The notes under the pieces: generated by a model
Databases searched by the model: none
Seen by the model: the letters and a program-made list of their open reading frames with translations, nothing else
Told to the model about the DNA's origin: nothing
Translations under genes and position numbers: made by a program
Part shown: one piece after another, positions 1 to 8,653 of the stretch
Layout: every line of letters starts with the position of its first letter
How positions within the stretch are numbered: the first letter of the stretch is position 1
From: an uncultured Bacteroidales bacterium
GTDB lineage: Bacteria; Bacteroidota; Bacteroidia; Bacteroidales; F082
Direction of reading: 5' to 3'
DNA length: 64,000 bases
Assembly: GCA_947303055.1 (NCBI GenBank)
Contig: CAMYXV010000001.1
Coordinates: 3,961 to 67,960, forward strand

Positions 1-195
1 GTTGAGGTTATTGAAAAGCGCCAAGGCCTTAAGATTGCTTGTCTGGAAGGCATTGCATATCGTAACGGTTGGATTACCGAGGAAAAGATGCGTTCTCTTG
101 CCCAGCCGATGCTGAAAAACCAGTACGGACAGTATCTGTTGAAGGTGATTGACGAGATGAAAAACGAAATAAACTCTGAAACATTTAAAGAATAA
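1..195 (+). CDS. rfbA: glucose-1-phosphate thymidylyltransferase RfbA, C-terminal fragment (5' end lies outside the window)
   Basis: Frame 1 reads [49 protein letters not shown]... to TAA at 193-195. It is almost identical to the C-terminus of the complete RfbA at 43975-44892. Confidence 0.85.
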   Translation, partial: VEVIEKRQGLKIACLEGIAYRNGWITEEKMRSLAQPMLKNQYGQYLLKVIDEMKNEINSETFKE

Positions 196-209
196 TAAAA
201 CATTACACT

Positions 210-749
210 ATGGAATTAAAAGGAAGTAAAACCGAAAAGAATCTCATGGAGGCCTTTGCTGGCGAATCCATGGCACGCAACAAATACACATATTTTGCCT
301 CGAAGGCCAAGAAAGACGGATATGTCCAGATTTCGAAGATATTTGAGGAGACTGCAGCCAACGAACAGGAACATGCCAAGATTTGGTTTAAGTATCTGCA
401 CGACGGCGAGGTACCAGGCACTGAGGCTAACTTGAAAGCCGCCGCTGAAGGCGAGAACTTCGAGTGGACCGACATGTATGCCCGCATGGCTAAAGAAGCA
501 CGCGAGGAAGGTTTCAAAGAGATCGCTGCGAAGTTTGAGATGGTGGCCGCCATCGAAAAGGAACACGAGGAACGTTATCGCAAACTTTTGAATAATATCG
601 AGGAAGGCATCGTCTTCTCTCGCGATGGCGACAGAATCTGGAAATGCTCAAATTGCGGTCATATCGTCATCGGCAAGAAAGCCCCGCAAATCTGTCCGGT
701 TTGCAACCATCCGCAGGCGTATTTCGAGTTGAATGCTGAGAATTATTGA
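210..749 (+). CDS. rbr: rubrerythrin
   Basis: Ferritin-like diiron motifs ([20 protein letters not shown]) plus a C-terminal rubredoxin-type CxxC...CxxC (CSNCGH...[12 protein letters not shown]). Confidence 0.9.
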   Translation: MELKGSKTEKNLMEAFAGESMARNKYTYFASKAKKDGYVQISKIFEETAANEQEHAKIWFKYLHDGEVPGTEANLKAAAEGENFEWTDMYARMAKEAREEGFKEIAAKFEMVAAIEKEHEERYRKLLNNIEEGIVFSRDGDRIWKCSNCGHIVIGKKAPQICPVCNHPQAYFELNAENY

Positions 750-764
750 TATCTGTCTATTATC

Positions 765-1232
765 ATGACACATCTTACAGAAAAAGAACATGAAGCACAG
801 ATGGCTAGCATGCGCGAGTTTGACGAGCAGATGCCATGTGTGGGAATCTTCTGGTATGACTCGGAGGATCACTCGTTCTTTGGTGTGCGTAAAAAGGAGT
901 TGACTCCCCAAATGGTGGAAGAGGCGGCTGATAAGGGAAAGCCTTTTATCAACTATCCGAATTTGCACCGTCAAGTTTGGGCAAAAGAGTATTTCCGCGC
1001 ATTAGCTAATAATTCTGAGACAAAGTTCAAAGGTGATTACACTCAGATTCCTCGTGGTCGTGTTGCTTGGTCAGTTAATAAATTCATTGTTCTCGTTGGC
1101 AAATGGGCTGAACCGATTCAAGACAAATTGACAGAATTATTGGAAAAGGAGTTTTCGTTGCCATATTTTGAGTTTGTATATGATCCACATTGGGATTTGG
1201 GGCACGGTTGGAGTGGGGATATGCCGAAATAA
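765..1232 (+). CDS. hypothetical protein (155 aa)
   Basis: Clean ORF 16 nt after rbr on the same strand. No motif recognised. Confidence 0.55.
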   Translation: MTHLTEKEHEAQMASMREFDEQMPCVGIFWYDSEDHSFFGVRKKELTPQMVEEAADKGKPFINYPNLHRQVWAKEYFRALANNSETKFKGDYTQIPRGRVAWSVNKFIVLVGKWAEPIQDKLTELLEKEFSLPYFEFVYDPHWDLGHGWSGDMPK

Positions 1233-1250
1233 TTTATAAACATAAAGATT

Positions 1251-1760
1251 ATGAAAAATCTACTAACATTATTAATTATGTGTCTCTGCTTTTTCACTGG
1301 CTGCAAGGCGCAATCGAAGGTTGACAATTCAGTGTCGGGTGATTTGAATCTCGACAAATATCTCGGCGATTGGTATGAGATAGCTCGTTTTGACCATAAA
1401 TTTGAACGTGGAATTCAATTCTGCAAAGCCCAGTATTCACTACGTGAAGATGGTAAGGTTGCAGTTTTGAACACTGGTATCAAAGACGGCAAACATAGCG
1501 AGGCTAAAGGTAAGGCGAAGTTCACTGATAATCCAAGAGTTTTAAGAGTTTTGTTCTTTGGTCCATTTTATGGCGACTATCGCATCATGCTCTTAGATGA
1601 ATATTATCAATGGGTTTTAGTTGGTGGCAGCGATGAGAGTTATTTGTGGATACTTTCACGTACACCAAAACTAACAGATGATGTAAAAGATATCGTCCTC
1701 GCCGAAGCGACAAGAAGAGGGTACGATGTGCAGAAGTTGATTTGGGTGGAGCAGGAATAG
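1251..1760 (+). CDS. blc: bacterial lipocalin (Blc-type outer-membrane lipoprotein)
   Basis: Lipoprotein signal with lipobox (LCFFTGC) and the lipocalin signature LDKYLGDWYEIARFDHKFERG. Confidence 0.85.
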   Translation: MKNLLTLLIMCLCFFTGCKAQSKVDNSVSGDLNLDKYLGDWYEIARFDHKFERGIQFCKAQYSLREDGKVAVLNTGIKDGKHSEAKGKAKFTDNPRVLRVLFFGPFYGDYRIMLLDEYYQWVLVGGSDESYLWILSRTPKLTDDVKDIVLAEATRRGYDVQKLIWVEQE

Positions 1761-1844
1761 ATATTAGTATGTGAATAAATATTACACAAAAAAAGAGAAT
1801 AAATGATCATAAAATACAAATACATCAAAAAATATCTTTTATTG

Positions 1845-2096
1845 ATGGCTGTAGAACAGCTTTTAGATGAGTATAAGGAAAATGGATTTGAAATAAAATC
1901 CCAATATCCTATTATTGGCTCTCTAAGAGTGGATTTATTTGCGGTCAAAGGAGATGAAAGGATAGCTATTGAGTTTGTGGATAATCAAACTTCTGATGAT
2001 ACAGTATCACGATTGCAGCAAATCGCGCAGGAAGAGGATTTTGTCCTAAAACTTATAGACATTTCAGCTATACAATTAGAATACAAAAACTTATGA
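1845..2096 (+). CDS. small hypothetical protein (about 83 aa from the MAVEQLL start); possibly a nuclease-like fold
   Basis: Its stop overlaps the next start by ATGA at 2093-2096. The stretch SLRVDLFAVKGDERIAIEFVD loosely resembles a PD-(D/E)xK core, but the ExK element is not intact. The start could be the upstream ATG at 1803. Confidence 0.4.
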   Translation: MAVEQLLDEYKENGFEIKSQYPIIGSLRVDLFAVKGDERIAIEFVDNQTSDDTVSRLQQIAQEEDFVLKLIDISAIQLEYKNL

Positions 2097-3454
2097 CATA
2101 TTTAAAACGCATAAAAACAAGTAATTTTAAATGCTTCTCAGACGAAGTTGATATAGAACTTGGTAAGTTGACGTTACTTACTGGTGCTAATAGTACAGGT
2201 AAAAGTTCGTTGATGTACAGTGTGCTAGGTGCTTTGCAGTCACCGAGATTCCCATATGAGTATTCTGCCAATGGGCGATTTGTGAATATGGGCAGTTTCT
2301 CTGAGATGGTATTTAGACATGACAATTCCCTTCCAATTGGGGTTTCTTTTACTTTGGTCGATAACGGAGTCCCAATTGACATTGAAACGACGTGGGAGTA
2401 TAGAGAATACAACGATCAGCCTGTTCTAAAGAATTACAAGGCACATTCTGAAGACTTCAAAATTAGTATCAAACCCAAAGAGGATGGTAATGAAACAGAT
2501 TTTATACTTGATTTAGATTATGATCCTAGGAGTATTCTTAAAGTGCATGGTTTTGAACAGTTTATGTCGGGTCTTTTTCAGGTGTTTGATACAAACAATT
2601 TGACGAAGAAAGACAAAGACATTTCGAACAAAATCAGAGATGTGTACAAGAAACGCACTATTGTGAAGGACGTTCTTTTAGTAGCAAATGATAAGGGCTT
2701 GAATTGCCCTAATGATATTAGTGCTTCCGTAGCATTCGGAATAGTCGACGGCTTGATAAGAGATGCAATTAATCGTTATAAAAACAAAATGAACTTTATT
2801 AGTTCTTATCGTTTGGCAGCAGAACGCATTTATCTTGAAGAGAGTCTAACCGACGGGAAAATTCAGGCTTCGGGTAAAGGTTTTGTTAATCAAATGCTTT
2901 ATTGGCGAGAAAGCAATCGTAAAAACTATGAATCTCTAATTAATGCCATGAGGTTCATGAAAGTACTTTATGATATTGAGCCGGAAAGAATAGGTGGTGG
3001 GCAGTTTAAAATAGGTGTTACTATTCATAAAGATGGCCCCAAAGCTTCATTAAGCGATGTGGGTTTCGGCATTTCACAATTGCTACCTATTATTGTTGGT
3101 GATATTGAACTAGGTAATGAATCAACGCTCTTTTCAGCGCAGCCAGAGATACATCTTCATCCAAATGCTCAAGCAAATTATGCCGACTATCTTGTCAGTC
3201 AAATAGCTCAAAATAAAAACTATATAGTTGAAACACACAGCGAATATTTACTCAATCGTATTCGACTGGCTATAGTTAAAGGTCAATTGAATGAAGACGA
3301 TATTCGTGTTTATTATCTCTCTCAAGAACATGATACCACAAAATTGTATCCAATTGTTTTTACAAAAAGTGGGCAAATTAATGGTGCTCCTAGTGATTTT
3401 TTTGAGACATATATGATTGATGTGATGAATATAGCGATGGAAGCAGTGGGATGA
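2093..3454 (+). CDS. ABC/SMC-like AAA ATPase (AAA_21/DUF3696-like)
   Basis: Walker A GANSTGKSS near the N-terminus, FGISQLLPIIV, Walker B/D-loop QPEIHLHPNAQ, and H-loop ETHSEYLLNRIR. No transmembrane segments. Confidence 0.8.
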   Translation: MTYLKRIKTSNFKCFSDEVDIELGKLTLLTGANSTGKSSLMYSVLGALQSPRFPYEYSANGRFVNMGSFSEMVFRHDNSLPIGVSFTLVDNGVPIDIETTWEYREYNDQPVLKNYKAHSEDFKISIKPKEDGNETDFILDLDYDPRSILKVHGFEQFMSGLFQVFDTNNLTKKDKDISNKIRDVYKKRTIVKDVLLVANDKGLNCPNDISASVAFGIVDGLIRDAINRYKNKMNFISSYRLAAERIYLEESLTDGKIQASGKGFVNQMLYWRESNRKNYESLINAMRFMKVLYDIEPERIGGGQFKIGVTIHKDGPKASLSDVGFGISQLLPIIVGDIELGNESTLFSAQPEIHLHPNAQANYADYLVSQIAQNKNYIVETHSEYLLNRIRLAIVKGQLNEDDIRVYYLSQEHDTTKLYPIVFTKSGQINGAPSDFFETYMIDVMNIAMEAVG

Positions 3455-3930
3455 AACACGATATTTTTATTGATAACAATATTGCCTGTAAATTTTCTAA
3501 TCCGGCAGATCCAGAGTATAAGGAACTTATTCGTTGGTTGATGGATAATCACAAAATAGAGGATGGTAAAGATGATGATAGAGCATATTTAGTTGTATCT
3601 CAAAAGCTATTAGCGGAGTATTATCGTTCTTGTAGAGATGCTGTTGGCAAAACATCAATTCCAATGATTATAAATCAGTTAACAAAAGATGGGCGTCTTG
3701 CACGATTTTCTAATGAGGAAATCAAAGGATTCAAAAGTAAATATTTTACAAAAGCAATAGAAAAGAAACTAAGATCTAATAATGAAGATTGTGAGCATAT
3801 TCCTCCAGTTCTGATGTCCGATAGGAAATATGCACTGACTTACGATGATAACTTCACATATGACTTGGAACATTTTCCTGGTTTTACTGTTATTGTACAA
3901 AAACGTCCCGAGGATATACCATATCGTTAA
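3451..3930 (+). CDS. hypothetical partner protein (159 aa), possibly PIN-like
   Basis: ATGA start/stop overlap with the ATPase at 3451-3454. The N-terminal DIFIDNNIA resembles the first acidic strand of PIN domains. This is weak. Confidence 0.5.
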   Translation: MKHDIFIDNNIACKFSNPADPEYKELIRWLMDNHKIEDGKDDDRAYLVVSQKLLAEYYRSCRDAVGKTSIPMIINQLTKDGRLARFSNEEIKGFKSKYFTKAIEKKLRSNNEDCEHIPPVLMSDRKYALTYDDNFTYDLEHFPGFTVIVQKRPEDIPYR

Positions 3931-3986
3931 ATAGCGTCTGGAGATATGCATGAATAAATAAGTTGTATTATTAATGCAAATTATAA

Positions 3987-5336
3987 ATGTCCGTTATAGT
4001 AAATACGAAAATACAACCTTTGGTTGACGATTTGAGATGGGTATTGCCAGGTGAATTTTTGGCATCGACTGCATTCAAGCGGTGGATGGTGGAAAAGAAT
4101 CTGGACGAGGATTGGAAAGAGTTTGTTAGTATTGTTCGTCAAAACCGAAACGTTGTTGTATTAGGTTACGACCATGATGCTGGTGATGCAAGGGATGCAC
4201 TCGGATATTTGATAAATAGGATTTTTGAGCAACAAAAAACAAAGTTGCCTAAATTTGTGTATGAGTTGTTAGAGTTCTATTCGGAAGAAAAATCAGAGCA
4301 TGTTGATGCATCAAATATTAAAAAAGATTTGTATGCTGCAGGGTATTCGAAAAAAACGGTATCCAAGTTCGACAACTTTTCTGATTCAAAGCTAAAAGTA
4401 ATGAAAGAAACAGAGAATAATTCCCAGATGGTAAAACCAGTGACTAATAAGAAAAAGACACCAATGGTTTTTATCAGTCATTCTCATGGGGATGAAGATT
4501 TCGTTAAAGCTCTTGTCAATTTGCTGGAAGATATTGGCCTTGGCGCAAAAACAATGTTTTGTAGCTCTGTTAGAGAATATGGGATAAAACTTAGTGGCGA
4601 TATATTTGAAACAATACGCCAATTGTTTCATGAGCACGAACTGTATGTGATTTTTGTGCATTCACCGCGTTTCTATAACAGTGTGGTTTCATTGAACGAA
4701 ATGGGTGCTGCTTGGGTTTTAAGGACAGATTTTTGTTCTTTCTTAACAAATGATATGTCCTATGACCAAATGAACGGTGTTGTTAACAATGCGAAAATAT
4801 CTATTAAGGTTGATGACAAAGATGCCCCATCTTTGTTGAACGAATTGTATAAACAGCTAACACAACTCTTTGCACTTTCAGAAATGGATATGAACAAATG
4901 GGAACGCAAACGCGATCAGTTCATTACACTTGTACGAAATTTAAAGTATGATGAGGTTAAGAAAACCGTTGAAGAGAAAAATGTTGACATGGAGTATAAA
5001 AAGCTTCAAATAGCCAAGATGAAAGCTGAAGCCGAGGACCGTCATAAGGCTTATATCCGTGGCAATATTGTTAAAGATTATCAGGGTAAACGCACTTTAA
5101 AAATATTCAATGCAGGGCAAAGTACTGCGCGAAATGTCCTGGTAGAATGGCTTAATGAAAGTGATCGTGTCATTGTTAGAGGTGAATTTTATAATATTGG
5201 AGAGTTAACCCCTCAAAATGCGCGAAGCTATACTTTGTTGTTATCTATCGGGTGTCCGGATACAATGAATCTTCGATACACATGGGATGATGATTTCGCT
5301 GTTGGAAATAAACTTGAAGAAACATTGCAATTATAA
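3987..5336 (+). CDS. TIR-domain protein (449 aa) with unknown N- and C-terminal domains
   Basis: TIR core MVFISHSHGDEDFVKALVNLLEDIGL ... YVIFVHSPRFYNSVVSLNEMGAAWVL, with a candidate catalytic Glu in NEMG. A coiled-coil follows, then a roughly 90 aa C-terminal domain. Confidence 0.8.
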   Translation: MSVIVNTKIQPLVDDLRWVLPGEFLASTAFKRWMVEKNLDEDWKEFVSIVRQNRNVVVLGYDHDAGDARDALGYLINRIFEQQKTKLPKFVYELLEFYSEEKSEHVDASNIKKDLYAAGYSKKTVSKFDNFSDSKLKVMKETENNSQMVKPVTNKKKTPMVFISHSHGDEDFVKALVNLLEDIGLGAKTMFCSSVREYGIKLSGDIFETIRQLFHEHELYVIFVHSPRFYNSVVSLNEMGAAWVLRTDFCSFLTNDMSYDQMNGVVNNAKISIKVDDKDAPSLLNELYKQLTQLFALSEMDMNKWERKRDQFITLVRNLKYDEVKKTVEEKNVDMEYKKLQIAKMKAEAEDRHKAYIRGNIVKDYQGKRTLKIFNAGQSTARNVLVEWLNESDRVIVRGEFYNIGELTPQNARSYTLLLSIGCPDTMNLRYTWDDDFAVGNKLEETLQL

Positions 5337-5342
5337 CGAACA

Positions 5343-5618
5343 ATGAAAAAGAATTATAGTAAAAATATCAGTTTGCGCTGTGTCACATGTGGGAGTGATT
5401 CAGATTTTGAGAGTAATGATGATAAAACATACATTGTATGCAAAAAATGTAATCGTGAATACCTTGGAGGTTATAGTGAATTGGTGGAATTAAATGAAGG
5501 CCTCATCAATGATGAAGTTATGAAAACCAAAAAAGAGTTAGCTCAAGATATGCAAAAGGAGATTACAGAGAGGTTAAAAAACGCTTTTAAGGGGAATAAG
5601 TATATTCATATTAAGTGA
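5343..5618 (+). CDS. small zinc-ribbon protein (91 aa)
   Basis: CVTCGS...CKKCNREY four-Cys ribbon. Starts 6 nt after the TIR gene on the same strand. Confidence 0.5.
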   Translation: MKKNYSKNISLRCVTCGSDSDFESNDDKTYIVCKKCNREYLGGYSELVELNEGLINDEVMKTKKELAQDMQKEITERLKNAFKGNKYIHIK

Positions 5619-5839
5619 AAATTAAAAAGTAACTGATGTTTGCCAAGCAAAGCATGCAAGAGCGATGAAAGTTTGAAGAAAAAAGATTACAAGGCTAGAC
5701 TGTCATATACTGTAATTGTGTGTCGATGACTTAAGGTCATATTCGTACCAAGTTCGAATCAAGTTAGAAGGATAGTGAAGGATATGGGACGAAGAAAAAG
5801 CGAAGAAATAAATATAAAAATTTAAAATATCTATAACAA

Positions 5840-6129
5840 ATGATCACCATCGGAATTATCGCCTGCGCCCCCGTGCCTGGAGCCCTCAAAGACTGGTTGG
5901 AACACAACAACCCTGAGTGCTAGCTTTTCATCTGTGATCCTCCTAAGGGATATAATGATGACCTGAGCAATGTGGATATTGCATGAAGACTGGCCATCAG
6001 GTGTGCTACATGCTCGAGTTCCTCACCGAGCGCACGCATATCGAGGACTTCAAGAAGCAGACCATGGTCTTCACGGGCGCGCACGAGCTGAATGTGCATT
6101 TCCGTGGGGTGGAGGAACATATATAAAAA
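5840..6129 (+). pseudogene. GC-rich decayed coding fragments of unknown family
   Basis: The ATG at 5840 opens a frame that hits an in-frame TAG at 5921-5923 and continues as LFICDPPKGYNDDLSNVDIA. A second short frame (MKTGHQVCYMLEFLTERTHIEDFKKQ...) follows after a frame change. There is no intact ORF on either strand. Confidence 0.3.
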
Positions 6130-6206
6130 GAACACGGACCGCACCCGTGAAGTGCAATCCGTGTTCAAAAGGAAGCGTTCTGAAAGGCTGAAACAAGGCA
6201 CTCTAT

Positions 6207-6235
6207 TAAGCTTCTAAGCTACTAAGCGATTAAGC
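6207..6235. repeat. TAAGCnnn x4 array, strict 8-nt phase
   Basis: TAAGC occurs at 6207, 6215, 6223 and 6231. The array overlaps the stop of the minus-strand amidase gene. Confidence 0.8.
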
Positions 6236-6649
6236 GGGTTGCAAATCGCGATATTCGTTTGCAGCGTCGAAGCAGGGGCAGGCCTTCATGGGGTTGAAAA
6301 CGTTGTGGCCCATGATCAAGGCCTTGGGGAACTGAGCGTGAAGCTCTTCGAGTAGTTGGCGCATCGCAAGCTTTTGAGCCTCGGTGCGGGTGTCGGCAGG
6401 GCGACCTTCGGTGTCCAAGCCGCCTTCGTAGCAGATGCCAATGGAGTGGCGGTTGTGGTTTTGGCAATGGGCACCGATCATATCGTACGGGCGACCGTCT
6501 TCAATGGTGCCGTCGCGGCGAATCACCTTGTGGTAGCCGCAACCTTTCCAGCCGTGGGCACGATGCCAGCGGTCGATGTCCTCAACAGAGCTTTGCTGCC
6601 AAGGACGCACTGCGGAGCAGTGGATGATGATAAGTGTGATAACTCTCAT
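6230..6649 (-). CDS. N-acetylmuramoyl-L-alanine amidase (Amidase_2 / PGRP-like)
   Basis: IIHCSA, GYHKVIRRDGTIEDGRP, GAHCQNHNRHSIGICYEGG. This is the short amidase type common next to Bacteroidales polysaccharide loci. Confidence 0.85.
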   Translation of the reverse strand: MRVITLIIIHCSAVRPWQQSSVEDIDRWHRAHGWKGCGYHKVIRRDGTIEDGRPYDMIGAHCQNHNRHSIGICYEGGLDTEGRPADTRTEAQKLAMRQLLEELHAQFPKALIMGHNVFNPMKACPCFDAANEYRDLQPA

Positions 6650-6657
6650 AATGGTAA

Positions 6658-6686
6658 TTGATAATTGAAAGTTGAGAATTGATAAT
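6658..6686. repeat. TTGAnnn x4 array, 7-nt phase, immediately 5' of the amidase start codon
   Basis: TTGA occurs at 6658, 6665, 6672 and 6679 (TTGATAA TTGAAAG TTGAGAA TTGATAA). Confidence 0.75.
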
Positions 6687-6699
6687 TTGGTTAGAAGAA

Positions 6700-6771
6700 G
6701 TTCAAAGGTTCAAAAGGTTCAAGAGATAGAAGCTGCAACTTGAACATCTTAAATCCCTTAAACCCTTGAAC
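6700..6771. repeat. GTTCAA / CTTAAA / CTTGAA word array, 8-9 nt spacing
   Basis: GTTCAA at 6700, 6708 and 6717. CTTAAA at 6748 and 6757. CTTGAA at 6765. Confidence 0.6.
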
Positions 6772-6805
6772 TTTCACTGAGAGTCCGAATTAACGGTGAG
6801 GAGGA

Positions 6806-7003
6806 TTACATAGCCATGTAGGCTGCGGCGGCTACCGCGCCACTGGTTGTGGCTGCACCGGCCAAGAGGAGGCCAATCAAGTAGGCCAACACTTTGAGGA
6901 CGATGACCCACCAGGGGTCGTTAGCTTTGATACCGGCTTCTTGAGCCTTCTCAGGATTTGCCAGAATCTCTTCGATCTGGGCTTTTGTTAACTTGATTTT
7001 CAT
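6806..7003 (-). CDS. small membrane protein (65 aa), holin-like topology
   Basis: Start taken at MKIKLTKAQIEEIL (ATG at 7001-7003). There is a single hydrophobic helix, WWVIVLKVLAYLIGLLLAGAATT. The upstream extension to 7138 reads like non-coding AT-rich sequence. Confidence 0.5.
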   Translation of the reverse strand: MKIKLTKAQIEEILANPEKAQEAGIKANDPWWVIVLKVLAYLIGLLLAGAATTSGAVAAAAYMAM

Positions 7004-7044
7004 TGCTTTGAAGTTTTTAATGTTAATAATTCGAAAAAAAATAC

Positions 7045-7052
7045 TATCTTTG
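7045..7052 (+). promoter_or_regulatory. Bacteroidetes -7 promoter element (TAnnTTTG)
   Basis: TATCTTTG followed by CAAAAAAT, 19 nt upstream of the ATG at 7071. The same TTTGCAAAAAAT context occurs at 61842. Confidence 0.5.
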
Positions 7053-7070
7053 CAAAAAATTTGAATAGAC

Positions 7071-7340
7071 ATGTGTACAGTCCAGATAAAGATAGATGAT
7101 GCCAAGATGCGGCAGATCAACCCCAATCTCACCACCACCGAGAGTATTGGTGACTGGTTGCAGCGGGAGGTTGACGATTTACTCGACGATTATGTCAGCG
7201 ATCTGTCAATGCCCCCTTGCAGCCGCACCCGAGAGGAGATGATGGCCATCTGCGACCAGCGTATGGACGACATCCTCACAGGCCGTTCCACCACCATCCC
7301 TCACGATGAAGTGATGCGCCGCATGAATGAGAAATACTAA
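7071..7340 (+). CDS. hypothetical protein (89 aa), antitoxin-like small acidic protein
   Basis: Clean ORF behind the promoter motif. The C-terminal IPHDEVMRRMNEKY tail resembles antitoxin-type proteins, but no partner toxin is adjacent. Confidence 0.45.
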   Translation: MCTVQIKIDDAKMRQINPNLTTTESIGDWLQREVDDLLDDYVSDLSMPPCSRTREEMMAICDQRMDDILTGRSTTIPHDEVMRRMNEKY

Positions 7341-7426
7341 ACAACCGTCGCAACCCCGCTGCCTTGCGCCGTCTTTTGCTAGGGTTGAGATAGTCCAGAG
7401 CTCGGAGTCAGCTTCAAGTTGACCCT

Positions 7427-7491
7427 TAAACTTTAAACTTTGAACTTTGAACTGTCAACTGCTCTAAACTCTACACACTAAACTCTAAACT
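7427..7491. repeat. T(A/G/C)AAC word array, 7-nt phase, between convergent genes
   Basis: TAAAC at 7427 and 7434, TGAAC at 7441 and 7448, TCAAC at 7455, then TAAAC at 7465, 7479 and 7486. Confidence 0.7.
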
Positions 7492-7500
7492 GAGCGAAGC

Positions 7501-8409
7501 TTACTCAGTCTCCGGATTCTCGCCACCTTCGCCCTTCGTGAACACCTTGGTGGTCACCGAGCTCGAAACACCGTCCTTCACGGCGATGGCCTTCACAGTG
7601 GTAGTGTCAGTGATGGTCAGAGCCTCAGAGTAGGCGGTGCTTGCGGAGGTAGGAGTGGAACCGTCAACGGTGTAGTGGATCGAGGCTCCTGCGGTGGCGC
7701 AGCTGATGGTTGCCGAAGTGCTTTCAGCAAACGGAGTCGTACCGCTGATTACCGGAGCAGCCACAGCGGGCGTTTCGGAACCCGAGCCAGAACCCGAACC
7801 CGAGCCTGAGCCGCCACCCGAACCAGAGCTTGAACCACTTGAACCGCTTGAACCGCTTTCAACCACCACAGTCGAGCCATCCGGGTTGAATGTGGTAGTG
7901 GTGCCGTTCTCAGCCACAATGACCACGATGGTGCTGGCGCCCGCAGCGGCGCGCAGGGTGATGGTCGAGGGCCATTCGCCTTCCAGATACACCTCGCCGT
8001 AGCCCGCCAGGCGACCGATGGTGATGGCCTTGGGGTTGGCGGCGGCGTAGGCGCAGATGGCCTCTTCCACATCGTCGATGGTGACAATCTCGCCAGCCAC
8101 CATCACGTCGGCCAGCGTGTCGAGGGCGGCGCGGAGTGCCTTGCCGTTCACCGCATAGTAGCGGTTGGTGGCGTTGCCGTTGCCCTTGGGCGTGAAGGTC
8201 TGCTTGATGGTGCGCAGATGGTACTTCAGGTGCATCTGGATCATCTTGAAGATGGCCTGGCGCTTCAGCGCGGCAGGGGTGGTGTAAGCCTTCGCAGGCA
8301 TGATGGGGTTAGAACGGACAAAAGTCTTGCCGTTGCGTACCACGTAAGTGATACCGTCGATGGTGCCAGCCGTCTTACGACCAGGACCGATCTGTTTAAT
8401 AGTTGCCAT
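7501..8409 (-). CDS. secreted/surface-type protein with a Ser/Gly linker and a C-terminal Fn3-associated (CHB_HEX_C-like) domain
   Basis: Low-complexity SGSSGSSGSSSGSGGGSGSGSGSGSGS linker. The C-terminal IHYTVDGSTPTSASTAYSEALTITDTTTVKAIAVKDG is typical of chitobiase/hexosaminidase C-terminal-like modules. Confidence 0.6.
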   Translation of the reverse strand: MATIKQIGPGRKTAGTIDGITYVVRNGKTFVRSNPIMPAKAYTTPAALKRQAIFKMIQMHLKYHLRTIKQTFTPKGNGNATNRYYAVNGKALRAALDTLADVMVAGEIVTIDDVEEAICAYAAANPKAITIGRLAGYGEVYLEGEWPSTITLRAAAGASTIVVIVAENGTTTTFNPDGSTVVVESGSSGSSGSSSGSGGGSGSGSGSGSGSETPAVAAPVISGTTPFAESTSATISCATAGASIHYTVDGSTPTSASTAYSEALTITDTTTVKAIAVKDGVSSSVTTKVFTKGEGGENPETE

Positions 8410-8425
8410 GATTTTTTAATTTAAA

Positions 8426-8460
8426 TTGATAGTTGATAATTGAAAATTGATAATTGAAGA
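8426..8460. repeat. TTGAnnn x5 array, 7-nt phase, immediately 5' of the 7501-8409 start codon
   Basis: TTGA at 8426, 8433, 8440, 8447 and 8454. Confidence 0.75.
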
Positions 8461-8653
8461 AAGAGTCACCTAAGTTTCAGCCTATATCCAGTATGTCAAA
8501 GAACGCTTGTCATCAGAAGGTCAGTTGTTCTGTCTGATTGACGGTGCAATAATACAACTGTTTGAAAGTCAATATCTTAAATAGAAACTTCGTGAAACTT
8601 TCTTACAACTTTCAGTACTAAAATCAGTCGTTTACCAACCAAAAAAGAAAGTT

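Noticed and set aside
3987-5336. Calling the TIR genes a Thoeris system.
   Set aside because: No SIR2, SLOG or Macro ThsA-like gene was recognised next to any of the three TIR genes. The architecture therefore does not satisfy the two-gene Thoeris definition.
5735-5770. GTTCGAATC T-loop-like sequence, suggesting a tRNA or a tRNA-fragment att site.
   Set aside because: The flanking bases (CCAAG / CAAGT) cannot form a T-stem. No acceptor stem or anticodon arm could be drawn.
5920-6201. Track ORFs 5920-6201 (minus strand) and 5970-6191 (plus strand).
   Set aside because: They overlap each other in a GC-rich fragment with no motifs and implausible composition. The region reads better as decayed fragments.
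6806-7138. The full 110-aa version of the minus-strand ORF.
   Set aside because: The first 45 codons run through the AT-rich promoter region of the divergent gene at 7071 and read as non-coding. The internal Met at 7003 gives a compact single-helix protein.
7694-8087. ORFs 7694-8002 (plus strand) and 7749-8087 (minus strand, alternative frame) with Pro/Glu- or Pro/Arg-rich products.
   Set aside because: They are frame shadows of the Ser/Gly-linker coding repeat of the 7501-8409 gene.
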